From assembly GCA_964596525.1 (NCBI GenBank), contig CAZQUL010000001.1:524830-588829 (forward strand): a DNA stretch of 64,000 nt, read 5' to 3'. The notes under the pieces were generated by a model. It was not told where the DNA came from, searched no databases, and worked only from the letters and a program-made list of their open reading frames with translations. Below, in pieces: positions 19,120 through 28,134 of this stretch (positions are counted from its first letter, which is position 1; every line of letters begins with the position of its first letter). Position numbers and translations under genes: made by a program. The stretch comes from an uncultured Gammaproteobacteria bacterium (GTDB taxonomy: Bacteria; Patescibacteriota; Patescibacteriia; Magasanikbacterales; GWA2-37-8).

Positions 19120-21450
19120 ATGCCATTTCATCTTTCCTCGGCCTATAAACCCTCTGGTGACCAACCTAAAGCCATCGACGATCTTGCTGCCGGGCTTACC
19201 AAAGGTTTTAAAAAACAAACTCTGCTTGGCGTTACCGGTTCGGGTAAGACCTTCACCATGGCGAACGTCATTGCGCGCGTCCAGAAGCCGACGCTCGTCA
19301 TTGCCCACAACAAAACCCTCGCCGCGCAGCTCTGCAACGAATTCCGCGAATTTTTTCCCAAAAACGCGGTGGAATATTTCGTGTCGTACTACGATTACTA
19401 CCAGCCTGAAGCGTACATGCCAGGCTCGGACACGTATATCGAAAAAGAAGCGCAGGTTAACGAAGAGATCGACCGCTTGCGGCATGCCTGCACGCAGGCG
19501 CTTTTGACGCGTGACGACGTGATTATCGTCGCGTCCGTCTCCGCGATCTATGGTTTGGGTTCACCCAAAGAATACGAAAAAATTGTTCTCCACCTCAACG
19601 TCGGCGACGAGCTGGATCGCCGCGGCATGATGGAGCGGCTCATTGAGATGCAGTTTGAACGCACCAACTCTGACTTGCGCCGTGGCACCTTCCGCATGCA
19701 CGGCCAGATTTTCGAGATCATGCCGGTGAACGAGGAGTTCATCTATCGTTTTGAGATCGGCAATCGCATTGAGCGGATCGATCGCATCAATCCCGTGACG
19801 CGAAAATCCACACTTCAGGTGCAATCGCTCGAAGACGCGTGGTTCTTTCCGGCCAAGCATTACGTGGCGTCGCCTGAAGCGCGAGAGCGGGCGTTTTCGT
19901 CCATCAAACAAGAGCTAGCCGAGCAGCTCGCTGTTTTTGAAAAACAAGGCAAGGTTTTGGAGTATGAACGCCTCAAACGGCGCGTCAGTTACGATCTCGA
20001 GATGATCAAGAATCTCGGTTATTGCAACGGCATCGAAAATTATTCGCGTCATTTTGAAGGCCGGGCTGCGGGCGAACCTTCGTTCACGCTTTTGGATTAT
20101 TTCTTGCATTCTTCAGGCCGTGCCCTGGGAGATCGTGATTCTAAAAACGGAGGGATTGCTTCGCTACCGCTCGCAATGACAGAGAATGGCGGAGGCTATC
20201 TCACGATCATCGATGAATCGCACGTTACTATTCCGCAGCTCCAGGGCATGTACAACGGCGATCGGGCGCGCAAAGATACGCTTGTTGAACACGGCTTTCG
20301 GCTTCCGAGTGCGCGCGACAACCGACCGCTCCGCTATGAAGAATTCGAAGCACGCACCGAACAGGTGGTGTACGTTTCTGCAACACCGAGTAAGTACGAG
20401 ATCGGGGAAAGCGCGCAGGTCGTGGAGCAGGTCGTGCGCCCGACCGGTCTTGTCGATCCCGAAGTCATTGTTAAACCAATTACTCCTGGCCATACGGTCA
20501 TTGCGAGGAGGGACGAAGGAATGACAAAGCAATCCCCCAAACCCACTTCGGACTCTGATGGTAAAGTTAGCTCCGATAACGAAGGGATTGCTTCGTCCTC
20601 CGCTGCGCTTCGTCCTCGCAATGACGGTGAAAGTAGCCTTTCCCAGATTGATGATCTTTTGATTCGTATTCAGGAACGTATCAAGATCAACGAGCGCATC
20701 CTCGTGACGACGCTCACCAAAAAAATGGCCGAAGATCTCACCGAATTTTTGCAGGAGAAAAAAATCAAGGTCAAATACCTGCACAGCGATATCGATACCA
20801 TCGAGCGCATCGAGGTGATTACGGATTTGCGTCTCGGTAAGATCGACGTGATCGTCGGCGTAAACCTTTTGCGTGAAGGTTTGGACATGCCCGAAGTTTC
20901 GCTCGTCGCGATTCTCGATGCCGACAAAGAAGGGTTTCTCCGCAGTGAAACCTCACTCATTCAGACTATCGGCCGCGCAGCGCGCAACGTGAACGGTCAG
21001 GTCGTCTTGTACGCCGATGAGATTACCGGCTCGATGGAACGCGCTATTAAAGAAACCGAACGACGTCGTGCGATCCAGCTTGCGTATAACAAAGAACACG
21101 GCATTACGCCCAAAACGATTCAGAAAGCCATCCGCAACATGCTGGAAGAGTTTGGTTTGTCCACTAAAGAAGATCGTGAGATTAAAACCAAAAAAGCCCG
21201 CTCTGGCAGTCGGGGTAGTGTGACGGATTTAGATATCTTAGGCGACAACCGGCCGCTCAAAGAAATCATCAAAGATAAAGAAAACCAGATGAAAGAAGCG
21301 GCTCAGAAACTCGAGTTTGAACTCGCGGCGATTTTACGCGATGAGTTGCGTGAGCTGCGGGCGCGTGAGAAAAGCATGGAAAAAAGCGGCAGCCGTTCGA
21401 AGCAGAAAGGGGCAAAAATCACTCTTACAAAACCGGAAGACTTATCGTAA
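19120..21450 (+). CDS. uvrB: Excinuclease ABC subunit B carrying two in-frame insertions
   Basis: GVTGSGKT, YYDYYQPEAY, IIDESH, GFRLPSA.DNRPL, LIQTIGRAARN, C-terminal UVR domain FELAA.LRD. Confidence 0.99.
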   Translation: MPFHLSSAYKPSGDQPKAIDDLAAGLTKGFKKQTLLGVTGSGKTFTMANVIARVQKPTLVIAHNKTLAAQLCNEFREFFPKNAVEYFVSYYDYYQPEAYMPGSDTYIEKEAQVNEEIDRLRHACTQALLTRDDVIIVASVSAIYGLGSPKEYEKIVLHLNVGDELDRRGMMERLIEMQFERTNSDLRRGTFRMHGQIFEIMPVNEEFIYRFEIGNRIERIDRINPVTRKSTLQVQSLEDAWFFPAKHYVASPEARERAFSSIKQELAEQLAVFEKQGKVLEYERLKRRVSYDLEMIKNLGYCNGIENYSRHFEGRAAGEPSFTLLDYFLHSSGRALGDRDSKNGGIASLPLAMTENGGGYLTIIDESHVTIPQLQGMYNGDRARKDTLVEHGFRLPSARDNRPLRYEEFEARTEQVVYVSATPSKYEIGESAQVVEQVVRPTGLVDPEVIVKPITPGHTVIARRDEGMTKQSPKPTSDSDGKVSSDNEGIASSSAALRPRNDGESSLSQIDDLLIRIQERIKINERILVTTLTKKMAEDLTEFLQEKKIKVKYLHSDIDTIERIEVITDLRLGKIDVIVGVNLLREGLDMPEVSLVAILDADKEGFLRSETSLIQTIGRAARNVNGQVVLYADEITGSMERAIKETERRRAIQLAYNKEHGITPKTIQKAIRNMLEEFGLSTKEDREIKTKKARSGSRGSVTDLDILGDNRPLKEIIKDKENQMKEAAQKLEFELAAILRDELRELRAREKSMEKSGSRSKQKGAKITLTKPEDLS
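20152..20180. repeat. Half copy of the palindromic element, inside uvrB
   Basis: GGGATTGCTTCG-CTACCG-CTCGCAATGAC matches the right arm of the element at 20584-20625. Confidence 0.8.
20497..20625. repeat. 129-bp palindromic element (RPE/REP/MITE-like) inserted in-frame in uvrB
   Basis: Perfect 13-bp terminal inverted repeat GTCATTGCGAGGA/TCCTCGCAATGAC and inner 10-bp inverted repeat AAGCAATCCC/GGGATTGCTT. Confidence 0.85.
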
Positions 21451-21519
21451 GTGGGGATAAAATTTTTCTAAATTTTTGTGCTATAGTAATCCCGCTCCGT
21501 AGTGGAGTAGGAGAGTGTT

Positions 21520-21822
21520 ATGAAGCGGATCTTGGCTTATGCCTTAGGGGTAGTCGTTTCTTGCCAGCTTCTTTCTCTGTGTTTTGTTTTTCCCGTGCGG
21601 GCCGAGGCAGATGCCGAGATTACGTCCGGCGGATTACCGTGGAACCCGAGAAACAGCAGAGAGTACAAAGATATGGTCTTGCCAAAGTCATCCGGGTGCG
21701 GAAATTCTTCTTTTTCGTCTTCATCATCCTCTTCAGATGGCGGTGGGGTCACCATGATAACCTGTCCGGGCGGGGGAGTTGCTGAGCGCTACCAAGATTG
21801 CCCGGTTATCATCGAACCCTAG
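21520..21822 (+). CDS. Small secreted hypothetical protein (PWNP motif)
   Basis: SD AGGAG; signal peptide; Ser-rich tract. Confidence 0.7.
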   Translation: MKRILAYALGVVVSCQLLSLCFVFPVRAEADAEITSGGLPWNPRNSREYKDMVLPKSSGCGNSSFSSSSSSSDGGGVTMITCPGGGVAERYQDCPVIIEP

Positions 21823-21899
21823 TTTTCCGACGGACTGCTGACAAATACGCATCTGCGTGTTACAATCGCGTATGCCGACACAAAGGCAGGAGTTGTACC

Positions 21900-22214
21900 A
21901 TGAGCTTAGCTAGACTAGGAATGAGCTTGGTGATGGCTTTTCAACTGGGTTCGCTGTGTTTAGGTATTGCCTTGCCGGGGTGTGCCGAAACGTCTTCCAC
22001 TACGTCCGGCGAGGCAACCCCGTGGAATCCGGCGAGTGCTGAGGAATTAATACGGACGCGCAGAACGTATTCGCGTGGGTGCCATAGCGATAACGATGCA
22101 GCGTCGAGCACCCCATCAACGGACGGAGCTTCTTTAGGTGGCAATCCACCACAGCTAGAGCCCCGTATCGAACCGCAGGCTCCGAGCTTTCCCAATCCAG
22201 CGGAAAAGCTGTAG
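21900..22214 (+). CDS. Small secreted hypothetical protein (PWNP motif), paralog of 21520-21822
   Basis: SD AGGAG before ATG 21900; shares QLxSLC, TSG..PWNP, GC and IEP. Confidence 0.7.
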   Translation: MSLARLGMSLVMAFQLGSLCLGIALPGCAETSSTTSGEATPWNPASAEELIRTRRTYSRGCHSDNDAASSTPSTDGASLGGNPPQLEPRIEPQAPSFPNPAEKL

Positions 22215-22402
22215 TACGTCCTAATTAAAAATCCGGGAGGAAAGAACCGCATCACAGCGGTTTTTTTAATTGACCCTCGCTTATATGATAATCCCGAAAT
22301 ACTATTGACAATATCATTGAAATGCTCTAGCGTAAAGACGCTCTTTTCTCTGGTTGTGCCTGCATGCAGGCATCTATGGTCTTTTACCAACGATGGAGGT
22401 TG

Positions 22403-22813
22403 ATGATGCGAGGCATCGTATCTGCTCTGTTGACCGTCTTGGGTGTTTTTGGGACCACTGTGCCCACGGCACAGGCCGATAACGAGACCGTTCCTACGAT
22501 CGTTCTGGCGGATTATTCGCTCGACAATATCGCCGGGACGACGCACGTGCAGGATTGCACAGCTGATTTCAAGATCGTGGCCACGACCGAGGATGGGCAA
22601 AGAATTCGGATCAGCTACACGACCGCTGCTCCCAAAATCGTGATCATGTTTTGCGATGGTTGGGAAATCGGGAGGTTTTTTAGGCTAGTCGACAAGCTCG
22701 AGGTAATTTCTTGCCTTAACCCGAAATCAAGCCTCTGGCGAGTGTATACCGGCACCGAATCGTATACCAGCCGTACCTACGCCTGCGCCACGCGACCACC
22801 CACGCCGCGGTAA
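22403..22813 (+). CDS. Secreted hypothetical protein
   Basis: SD GGAGGT; signal peptide ending AQA; four Cys. Confidence 0.7.
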   Translation: MMRGIVSALLTVLGVFGTTVPTAQADNETVPTIVLADYSLDNIAGTTHVQDCTADFKIVATTEDGQRIRISYTTAAPKIVIMFCDGWEIGRFFRLVDKLEVISCLNPKSSLWRVYTGTESYTSRTYACATRPPTPR

Positions 22814-22999
22814 GCCTTTTTTATGACGAGCCCCCGACGGGGCTCTTTAGTTTTCGCCAGTGCAACCGTTCTTGACTCAAGCCTTGGCATCTTTTATAAT
22901 CCTTCGTTAGCCGTTTTTCGGTGTGATCGTGCGCGTCTCACGAAATGCGGTTTAACCTACTGCCGAGACCGTCAACAGCCCAAGCCAAAGAGGTGGATT

Positions 23000-24157
23000 A
23001 TGACCTTTGACCTCGAGTCGTTCGAAGAGTGGTGCGCGGCCGGGCGCATCTCGTTTCCCGATCTGTATACTAGTCTAACAGTCGATGCAAACGGCTGCTC
23101 CTTGGTTGGACCACTGCGGGTTGCTGACTCAGTAGGAGCTGATCTTTTCAGTCGTTATCCGCGAGCGGTCGAAAAACTTTTAGGCGTTCCGTTGGTAGAT
23201 TTCATCGAGCGGGAAGATTATGGTCGTGAGCGATCGCTTTTGGTGCAGCTCGCGATTGCAAATGCTGCGCTCTTTACCTACTTCGTCCGGCCGACGCAGT
23301 ATGGACGGCTGGTCACGCTCATGCTCGCGTGTGGATTCCTCTTGCATGCTGCAGCGGATTTTGTGCGGCGCCAGCTGCCGCGGTCGTTTGTGGCTGCTTT
23401 CATTGAGCGTGCCATCGCCGGAGGAAGAACCCTTCCGAGCGATTATCTCTTCAGCGACCGGTACTGGAAGCGTTCAGGTTCCTTCCTTAATGTCCTGTCG
23501 GCAAAGGAGCTCAAGCCGATCCTGTTGGCGGCAGTGAAACGAACGCCCCAGGCTGCGCTTGAGCATTGCTCCAGTATTATGAAACGGTTGGGCAAAGAAC
23601 TGGCCAGCGAAGTGCTCGCTGCGGCGATCGACGCTGCCTCGGGTGAAGAAATGGCCAGAACTCATGACCTGATGGCTTTGTCGCTAGATCTGCAGTTTCG
23701 GTACCTGGCTGTTCTTGACAGGTCGGAACAAATCAATAATCTGGAGTGGCTGCTCCGGCTCTGGAGTGCTGCTGAGGAGCGTCGCGAGCGTGAGCTTCTC
23801 GAGCGCGTTCTCGGGCGGTACCAGAACGTGGTTGTCCTCTGTCAGATGTGCGCCGAGCTTGAGGAGAAGAAGTGGGCACCCGCCGCGGCCACCGCCTACT
23901 GCGCCCGTGTGGCCGAGACGCGAGGTTATCTCATCGGCGAAGCCCGTCGGATGGACGAAGGATCCTCAGTGCGATTCGAAGTCCGCACGTCCGACGGAAC
24001 GGTGTACGTTCACGACCCGCTGGCGCACGTTCCGGATGGCTTCCGCGATCGTGATATCGTCATGTTCAACCGCCGCGCCCGCGTCCTGCAAGCGCCTCGC
24101 AACGGCGCTCCGTACTTTCACGTCAAGTTCAATCTCGTCATGCGCCGATTGAACTAG
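23000..24157 (+). CDS. Hypothetical protein, paralog of 24369-25502
   Basis: SD GAGGTG before ATG 23000; helical body and beta-rich C-terminus. Confidence 0.75.
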   Translation: MTFDLESFEEWCAAGRISFPDLYTSLTVDANGCSLVGPLRVADSVGADLFSRYPRAVEKLLGVPLVDFIEREDYGRERSLLVQLAIANAALFTYFVRPTQYGRLVTLMLACGFLLHAAADFVRRQLPRSFVAAFIERAIAGGRTLPSDYLFSDRYWKRSGSFLNVLSAKELKPILLAAVKRTPQAALEHCSSIMKRLGKELASEVLAAAIDAASGEEMARTHDLMALSLDLQFRYLAVLDRSEQINNLEWLLRLWSAAEERRERELLERVLGRYQNVVVLCQMCAELEEKKWAPAAATAYCARVAETRGYLIGEARRMDEGSSVRFEVRTSDGTVYVHDPLAHVPDGFRDRDIVMFNRRARVLQAPRNGAPYFHVKFNLVMRRLN

Positions 24158-24368
24158 TCGACTCGAAACTTGCCATCGATCGGAAAACCTCCGGTCGATT
24201 TTCATTTCGGTTTAGACCTTGACATCTGCCAAATTTTTAGCTAGTATCAAACGTTATCACGCTTCGTCACCCCTCTGTATTTTTTAGCTCAAGAAATATG
24301 CGGAAGGGTGATGAAATTCACCTGGTACGTTTACCGCCAACGCTCGTTGCGAGCAGAAAGGACCTGCC

Positions 24369-25502
24369 ATGTCGCTTGATGCCGGTATGTTGCGTGAGAA
24401 GCTTTGCAATGGATCGCTTACCCTCCTCGAGCTGGCTGAAGCCCTGCATACCTCTAAGCAGGGGGAGCGGATCTGGGAAATCGACATGGACAACGGATCG
24501 GTCATGTACGAACTGTGCGAGGAGTATCCCGAGAAGCTCGCCGCGCTCGTCGGCGCGGATCCGGTTGCGTACGTACTCGGGCATCCGGACAAGCGGGATC
24601 GGAAGGATTTAATGGGGATCTTTCTTACCGAGAAGATCTTTCCACACGTCGTACCGGAAGCGACCTGGGAAAAGGTCGTTGCCTTTCTCTACGACTACGA
24701 CGGTATCGTCGATGCGGCCACAGCCTACATCGCCCGCGGCCTCGACCGGCGCTTCGCCGTGCAGTGCCTGCTTACCGGGATTGAGCGTAATACGGATGGC
24801 ATCCTCTTAACCCTGCTCGATGAGGGGATCGGACTGCAGTACTGGACGAATAGAGAGTTTTGTCTCGGCATCCTCGATCCTCAGCATCGCGCTCGGGTGG
24901 TTCAGACCGTGGTCGAGCATTTTCCCAAAGCTGCACTTCTCAACCGGAATGTGTTGCTTACGGTAACCAAAGAAGATCGCCTGCGTGACATGATTGGTGC
25001 TGCCTTCAATAAAGTAGAAGACTACGACGGTCTGGCGCGCGAGGATTTGGCTTGGTTGCCGATCAGGACACAGTACGAGATCCTTCACAAGATCGAACCC
25101 CAGCCGTCGCTCAGAGTGGATTGTGCCTGGCTCATCGCGCTCTACGACAAGGTCTCTCCGACTCGCCAGACGATCATTCGGAGCGTACTTGGCCGCACGT
25201 CAATCAAGAAGCTCCTCCCGGTGCTCAAGACGTTTGCCTCGCCACATCCCCACCTTAAGACTTACTGTATCGATCGGTGTGTCAAAGAAGGTTATCTTTT
25301 CGGCCAGGTCAGCACTAGTTTGTTTCGTGGTCGCTTGCAGTACCAAGTGCAGCTTGGTGGCAACGTGTATATCCATAATCCGGAGGCCACAATGAGTCAC
25401 ATCCTCATGGCGGGGGACACGGTTGTCTTTAAGACACCTGCCAAACCCCTCGGCTATGGAGCGGCCAGCCGTAAATTCCTTGTCACCTTTATTCCCGCCT
25501 AG
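24369..25502 (+). CDS. Hypothetical protein, paralog of 23000-24157
   Basis: SD AAAGGA; shares YP..L..L.G, YW, WL..L, YC, GYL.G, VY.H.P. Confidence 0.75.
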   Translation: MSLDAGMLREKLCNGSLTLLELAEALHTSKQGERIWEIDMDNGSVMYELCEEYPEKLAALVGADPVAYVLGHPDKRDRKDLMGIFLTEKIFPHVVPEATWEKVVAFLYDYDGIVDAATAYIARGLDRRFAVQCLLTGIERNTDGILLTLLDEGIGLQYWTNREFCLGILDPQHRARVVQTVVEHFPKAALLNRNVLLTVTKEDRLRDMIGAAFNKVEDYDGLAREDLAWLPIRTQYEILHKIEPQPSLRVDCAWLIALYDKVSPTRQTIIRSVLGRTSIKKLLPVLKTFASPHPHLKTYCIDRCVKEGYLFGQVSTSLFRGRLQYQVQLGGNVYIHNPEATMSHILMAGDTVVFKTPAKPLGYGAASRKFLVTFIPA

Positions 25503-25592
25503 CCCTACTGCACCCTTCGACCGGCCGCCCCGGTCGTTTCCTTTTTTAAAGAATTTTGCTAGGATTGAACCATCATTCCCCATCTTTTTCCC

Positions 25593-26672
25593 ATGCTCCT
25601 CGACCGCCTTGCCGATCTTGATAAAAAGATCGACGCTACCAAAACACTCCTCAAACTACCGGACCTTGCCCGTAAAGCCGAAGAGCTCGCCGCCGACATG
25701 AACCGCCCGGATTTTTGGTCTGACCAAAAACGCGCGCAAGCTACAGCGCAGGATTATCAAGATATTAAAAAAGAACTCGAACAATGGGCGCTGATCACCA
25801 AAGATGTTCAGGATCTTCTCGAACTCGCAACCGCCAAAGATCCGACGCTCGAAGCGGACCTCGAACGGCAGACCACGGAACTCGAAAAGCGTTTTCAGAC
25901 GTATGAACTTGCGGTCTTTTTAAACGGCCCGTACGACCGCCGCAATGCCATCGTCGCCGTGCATGCCGGGTCAGGCGGTACCGAGGCCCAAGATTGGTCG
26001 GCGATGCTGTATCGCATGCTCTACCGCTTTGCTGAACGCCAAGGGTGGAGCGTGCGCATCCTCGACGAATCGCGCGGTGCCGAGGCTGGTTACAAATCGC
26101 TTTTGTTTGAAGTAACAGGTCCCTTCGCATACGGTTACCTCAAATCCGAACACGGCGTGCACCGCCTGGTGCGCATTTCGCCCTTTGATGCCGAAAAAAT
26201 GCGTCACACGTCGTTTGCGCTCATTGAAGTCTTGCCCGAACTGGAAAACGAACTCGAGAATTTTAAGATCGATCCCAAAGATCTGCGCATCGACACCTTC
26301 ATGTCCGGTGGCAAAGGTGGGCAGAGCGTCAACACGACGTACTCAGCCGTACGCATCGTGCACATTCCTACGGGCATCAGCGTCTCGTGTCAAAACGAAC
26401 GTTCGCAGCAACAAAACAAAGACACCGCGATGAAAATTTTGCAAGCCAAACTCATGCGGCTCGAACAAGAAAAGCGCGCGGCCGAGCGCCAGGAACTGCG
26501 CGGTGAATACAAGTCCGCGGAGTGGGGGAATCAGATCCGTTCCTATGTATTGCATCCGTATCATCTCGTCAAAGATCATCGTACCGAGTTTGAATCAACT
26601 GACCCGGAAAGCGTTTTAGAAGGGGAGTTACTGCCGTTATCGGAAGCGTATCTGCGGTGGATAAAGATGTAG
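25593..26672 (+). CDS. prfB: Peptide chain release factor 2
   Basis: GVHRLVRISPF (SPF), GGQSVN, WGNQIRSYVLHPY. Confidence 0.97.
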   Translation: MLLDRLADLDKKIDATKTLLKLPDLARKAEELAADMNRPDFWSDQKRAQATAQDYQDIKKELEQWALITKDVQDLLELATAKDPTLEADLERQTTELEKRFQTYELAVFLNGPYDRRNAIVAVHAGSGGTEAQDWSAMLYRMLYRFAERQGWSVRILDESRGAEAGYKSLLFEVTGPFAYGYLKSEHGVHRLVRISPFDAEKMRHTSFALIEVLPELENELENFKIDPKDLRIDTFMSGGKGGQSVNTTYSAVRIVHIPTGISVSCQNERSQQQNKDTAMKILQAKLMRLEQEKRAAERQELRGEYKSAEWGNQIRSYVLHPYHLVKDHRTEFESTDPESVLEGELLPLSEAYLRWIKM

Positions 26673-26702
26673 CTAAACATTGAAGATTGATTAATAAAAA
26701 GT

Positions 26703-26730
26703 AAAACCCCTCCGAATCTTCGGAGGGGTT
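26703..26730. terminator. Bidirectional terminator
   Basis: AACCCCTCCGAA-TC-TTCGGAGGGGTT. Confidence 0.75.
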
Positions 26731-26764
26731 GTCTCATTGCGAGACGAGAGCGGCCTGTTGACCG

Positions 26765-27960
26765 CTAGTTCGAGATGACCACATTGCCCCGGATCGGGGT
26801 GGTAAAGAGCGCGGGGTCGCAGCCCCGGGGCACCGTCTGGCCGTTGATGCCGTCGGTGAAGGTGCAGTCGATGAGATCGGCCGACAGCGTGCTCGGCACG
26901 TTCGGGATGCGGTCAAAGGTACTCCCGGTGCCGAAGGCGATCAAGAACGTCCGCCCCTTCGTGGTAAGCGGTACTCCCGCGGTCAGCGCATCACCCGGCA
27001 GCGCGACCTGCTGCATCCTAGCCCCCTCGAAGGTGTTCTGGCCGGCCTGGAAATCCCGGATCTTGATTTCGCCTTCGCCCACCTTGACGGTGGCGCACGG
27101 GTTGAACTCGTCGGTGACGTAGATGCCGTAGGGCAGGTAGTCGTTCGCCGGGTCGACGCCGGTTACGCGCCAGATGAACTGGAGCGCCTTGATCGTGCTC
27201 GATGACCCGTCCGACGACGGAAGGCCGACGAAGTCGAAGCCGCTCGCCCGTGCAATCGGCGCAACCGTCTGCGTGGAATAGCCGCCCGGAACGTTCTGCG
27301 CGGCGGCGATCGCGAACGTGTTCTTGAAGAGCTCCACGCTCCGGATCCCCGACGGGTAGGTGATGACCGCCGGGTACGTCCGCTTGCTCGTGAGTCCGTA
27401 CAGCATCGCGCCGACCACGCGCGCCTCGCCGATGATGCTGCGGGTGTCGGTGTGCCAGCTGCTTTGGGACAGATTGTCCCAGGTGTTGGCGCTGGCTACG
27501 GACTCAAGCGGCATCTCGTTGCCCGCAGGGATCTGGAGCGTCGACAGAAGCTGGTTCCATTCCATCGTCGTGTCGGAAGCGGCGTTTGCGGGCAGATCCT
27601 GACCGTTGGCAATCGCAGTCTCCCCAGCCTTGATACGGTAGTTCACGAAGCCGTTGTAGGCGGGGACGGTCGGTTCCTGCTTCACGCGCGAGCTCACTGC
27701 GAGCTTGAGCGAAATGATCTGCGTGGCCTCGTCCGTCGCCCCCTTGATCGAGCTCTGCCCGAACCTCACGTTCTGCGTGCCCATCGGGACGTAGTTCACA
27801 TCGGAGTTCTGCGCGACGACTGCAGGCTGGTAGACGCACCGGTTCGGCAGGGTGTCCGGCATCTGCGGTGCGTTCGTCGTCGCGGTTCCTTCGCCGCAGG
27901 CCATGAGGGACAGTGCAAAGGAGAAGCTGAGGCCCCGAAAAAGCTCTTGTTCTGGGGCAT
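26765..27960 (-). CDS. High-GC lipoprotein with an apparent frameshift in its signal peptide (alternative in-frame GTG start at 28006)
   Basis: Lipobox LSLMA-C in the long ORF; the ATG with SD AAGGAG (27960) is out of frame by one base. Confidence 0.6.
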
Positions 27961-28134
27961 GGTCACTCCTTGGAAATCCTGAGTTTTCAAAAACGCCATG
28001 AAACACGGCGCGGGTACAATGTACCTTATTTTAGCTGTTTTGTCAAGATATCACCGGGCATATGCTTGAGTAATCTACGAAGTTGTTTAGCTACGTTACC
28101 TGTGGAATAATGATGATACATTTCTTCCTTTGTT

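Noticed and set aside
20104-20640. Intein or self-splicing intron in uvrB
   Set aside because: The inserts are too short, lack intein C/S...HN ends and intron cores, and are explained by palindromic repeats.
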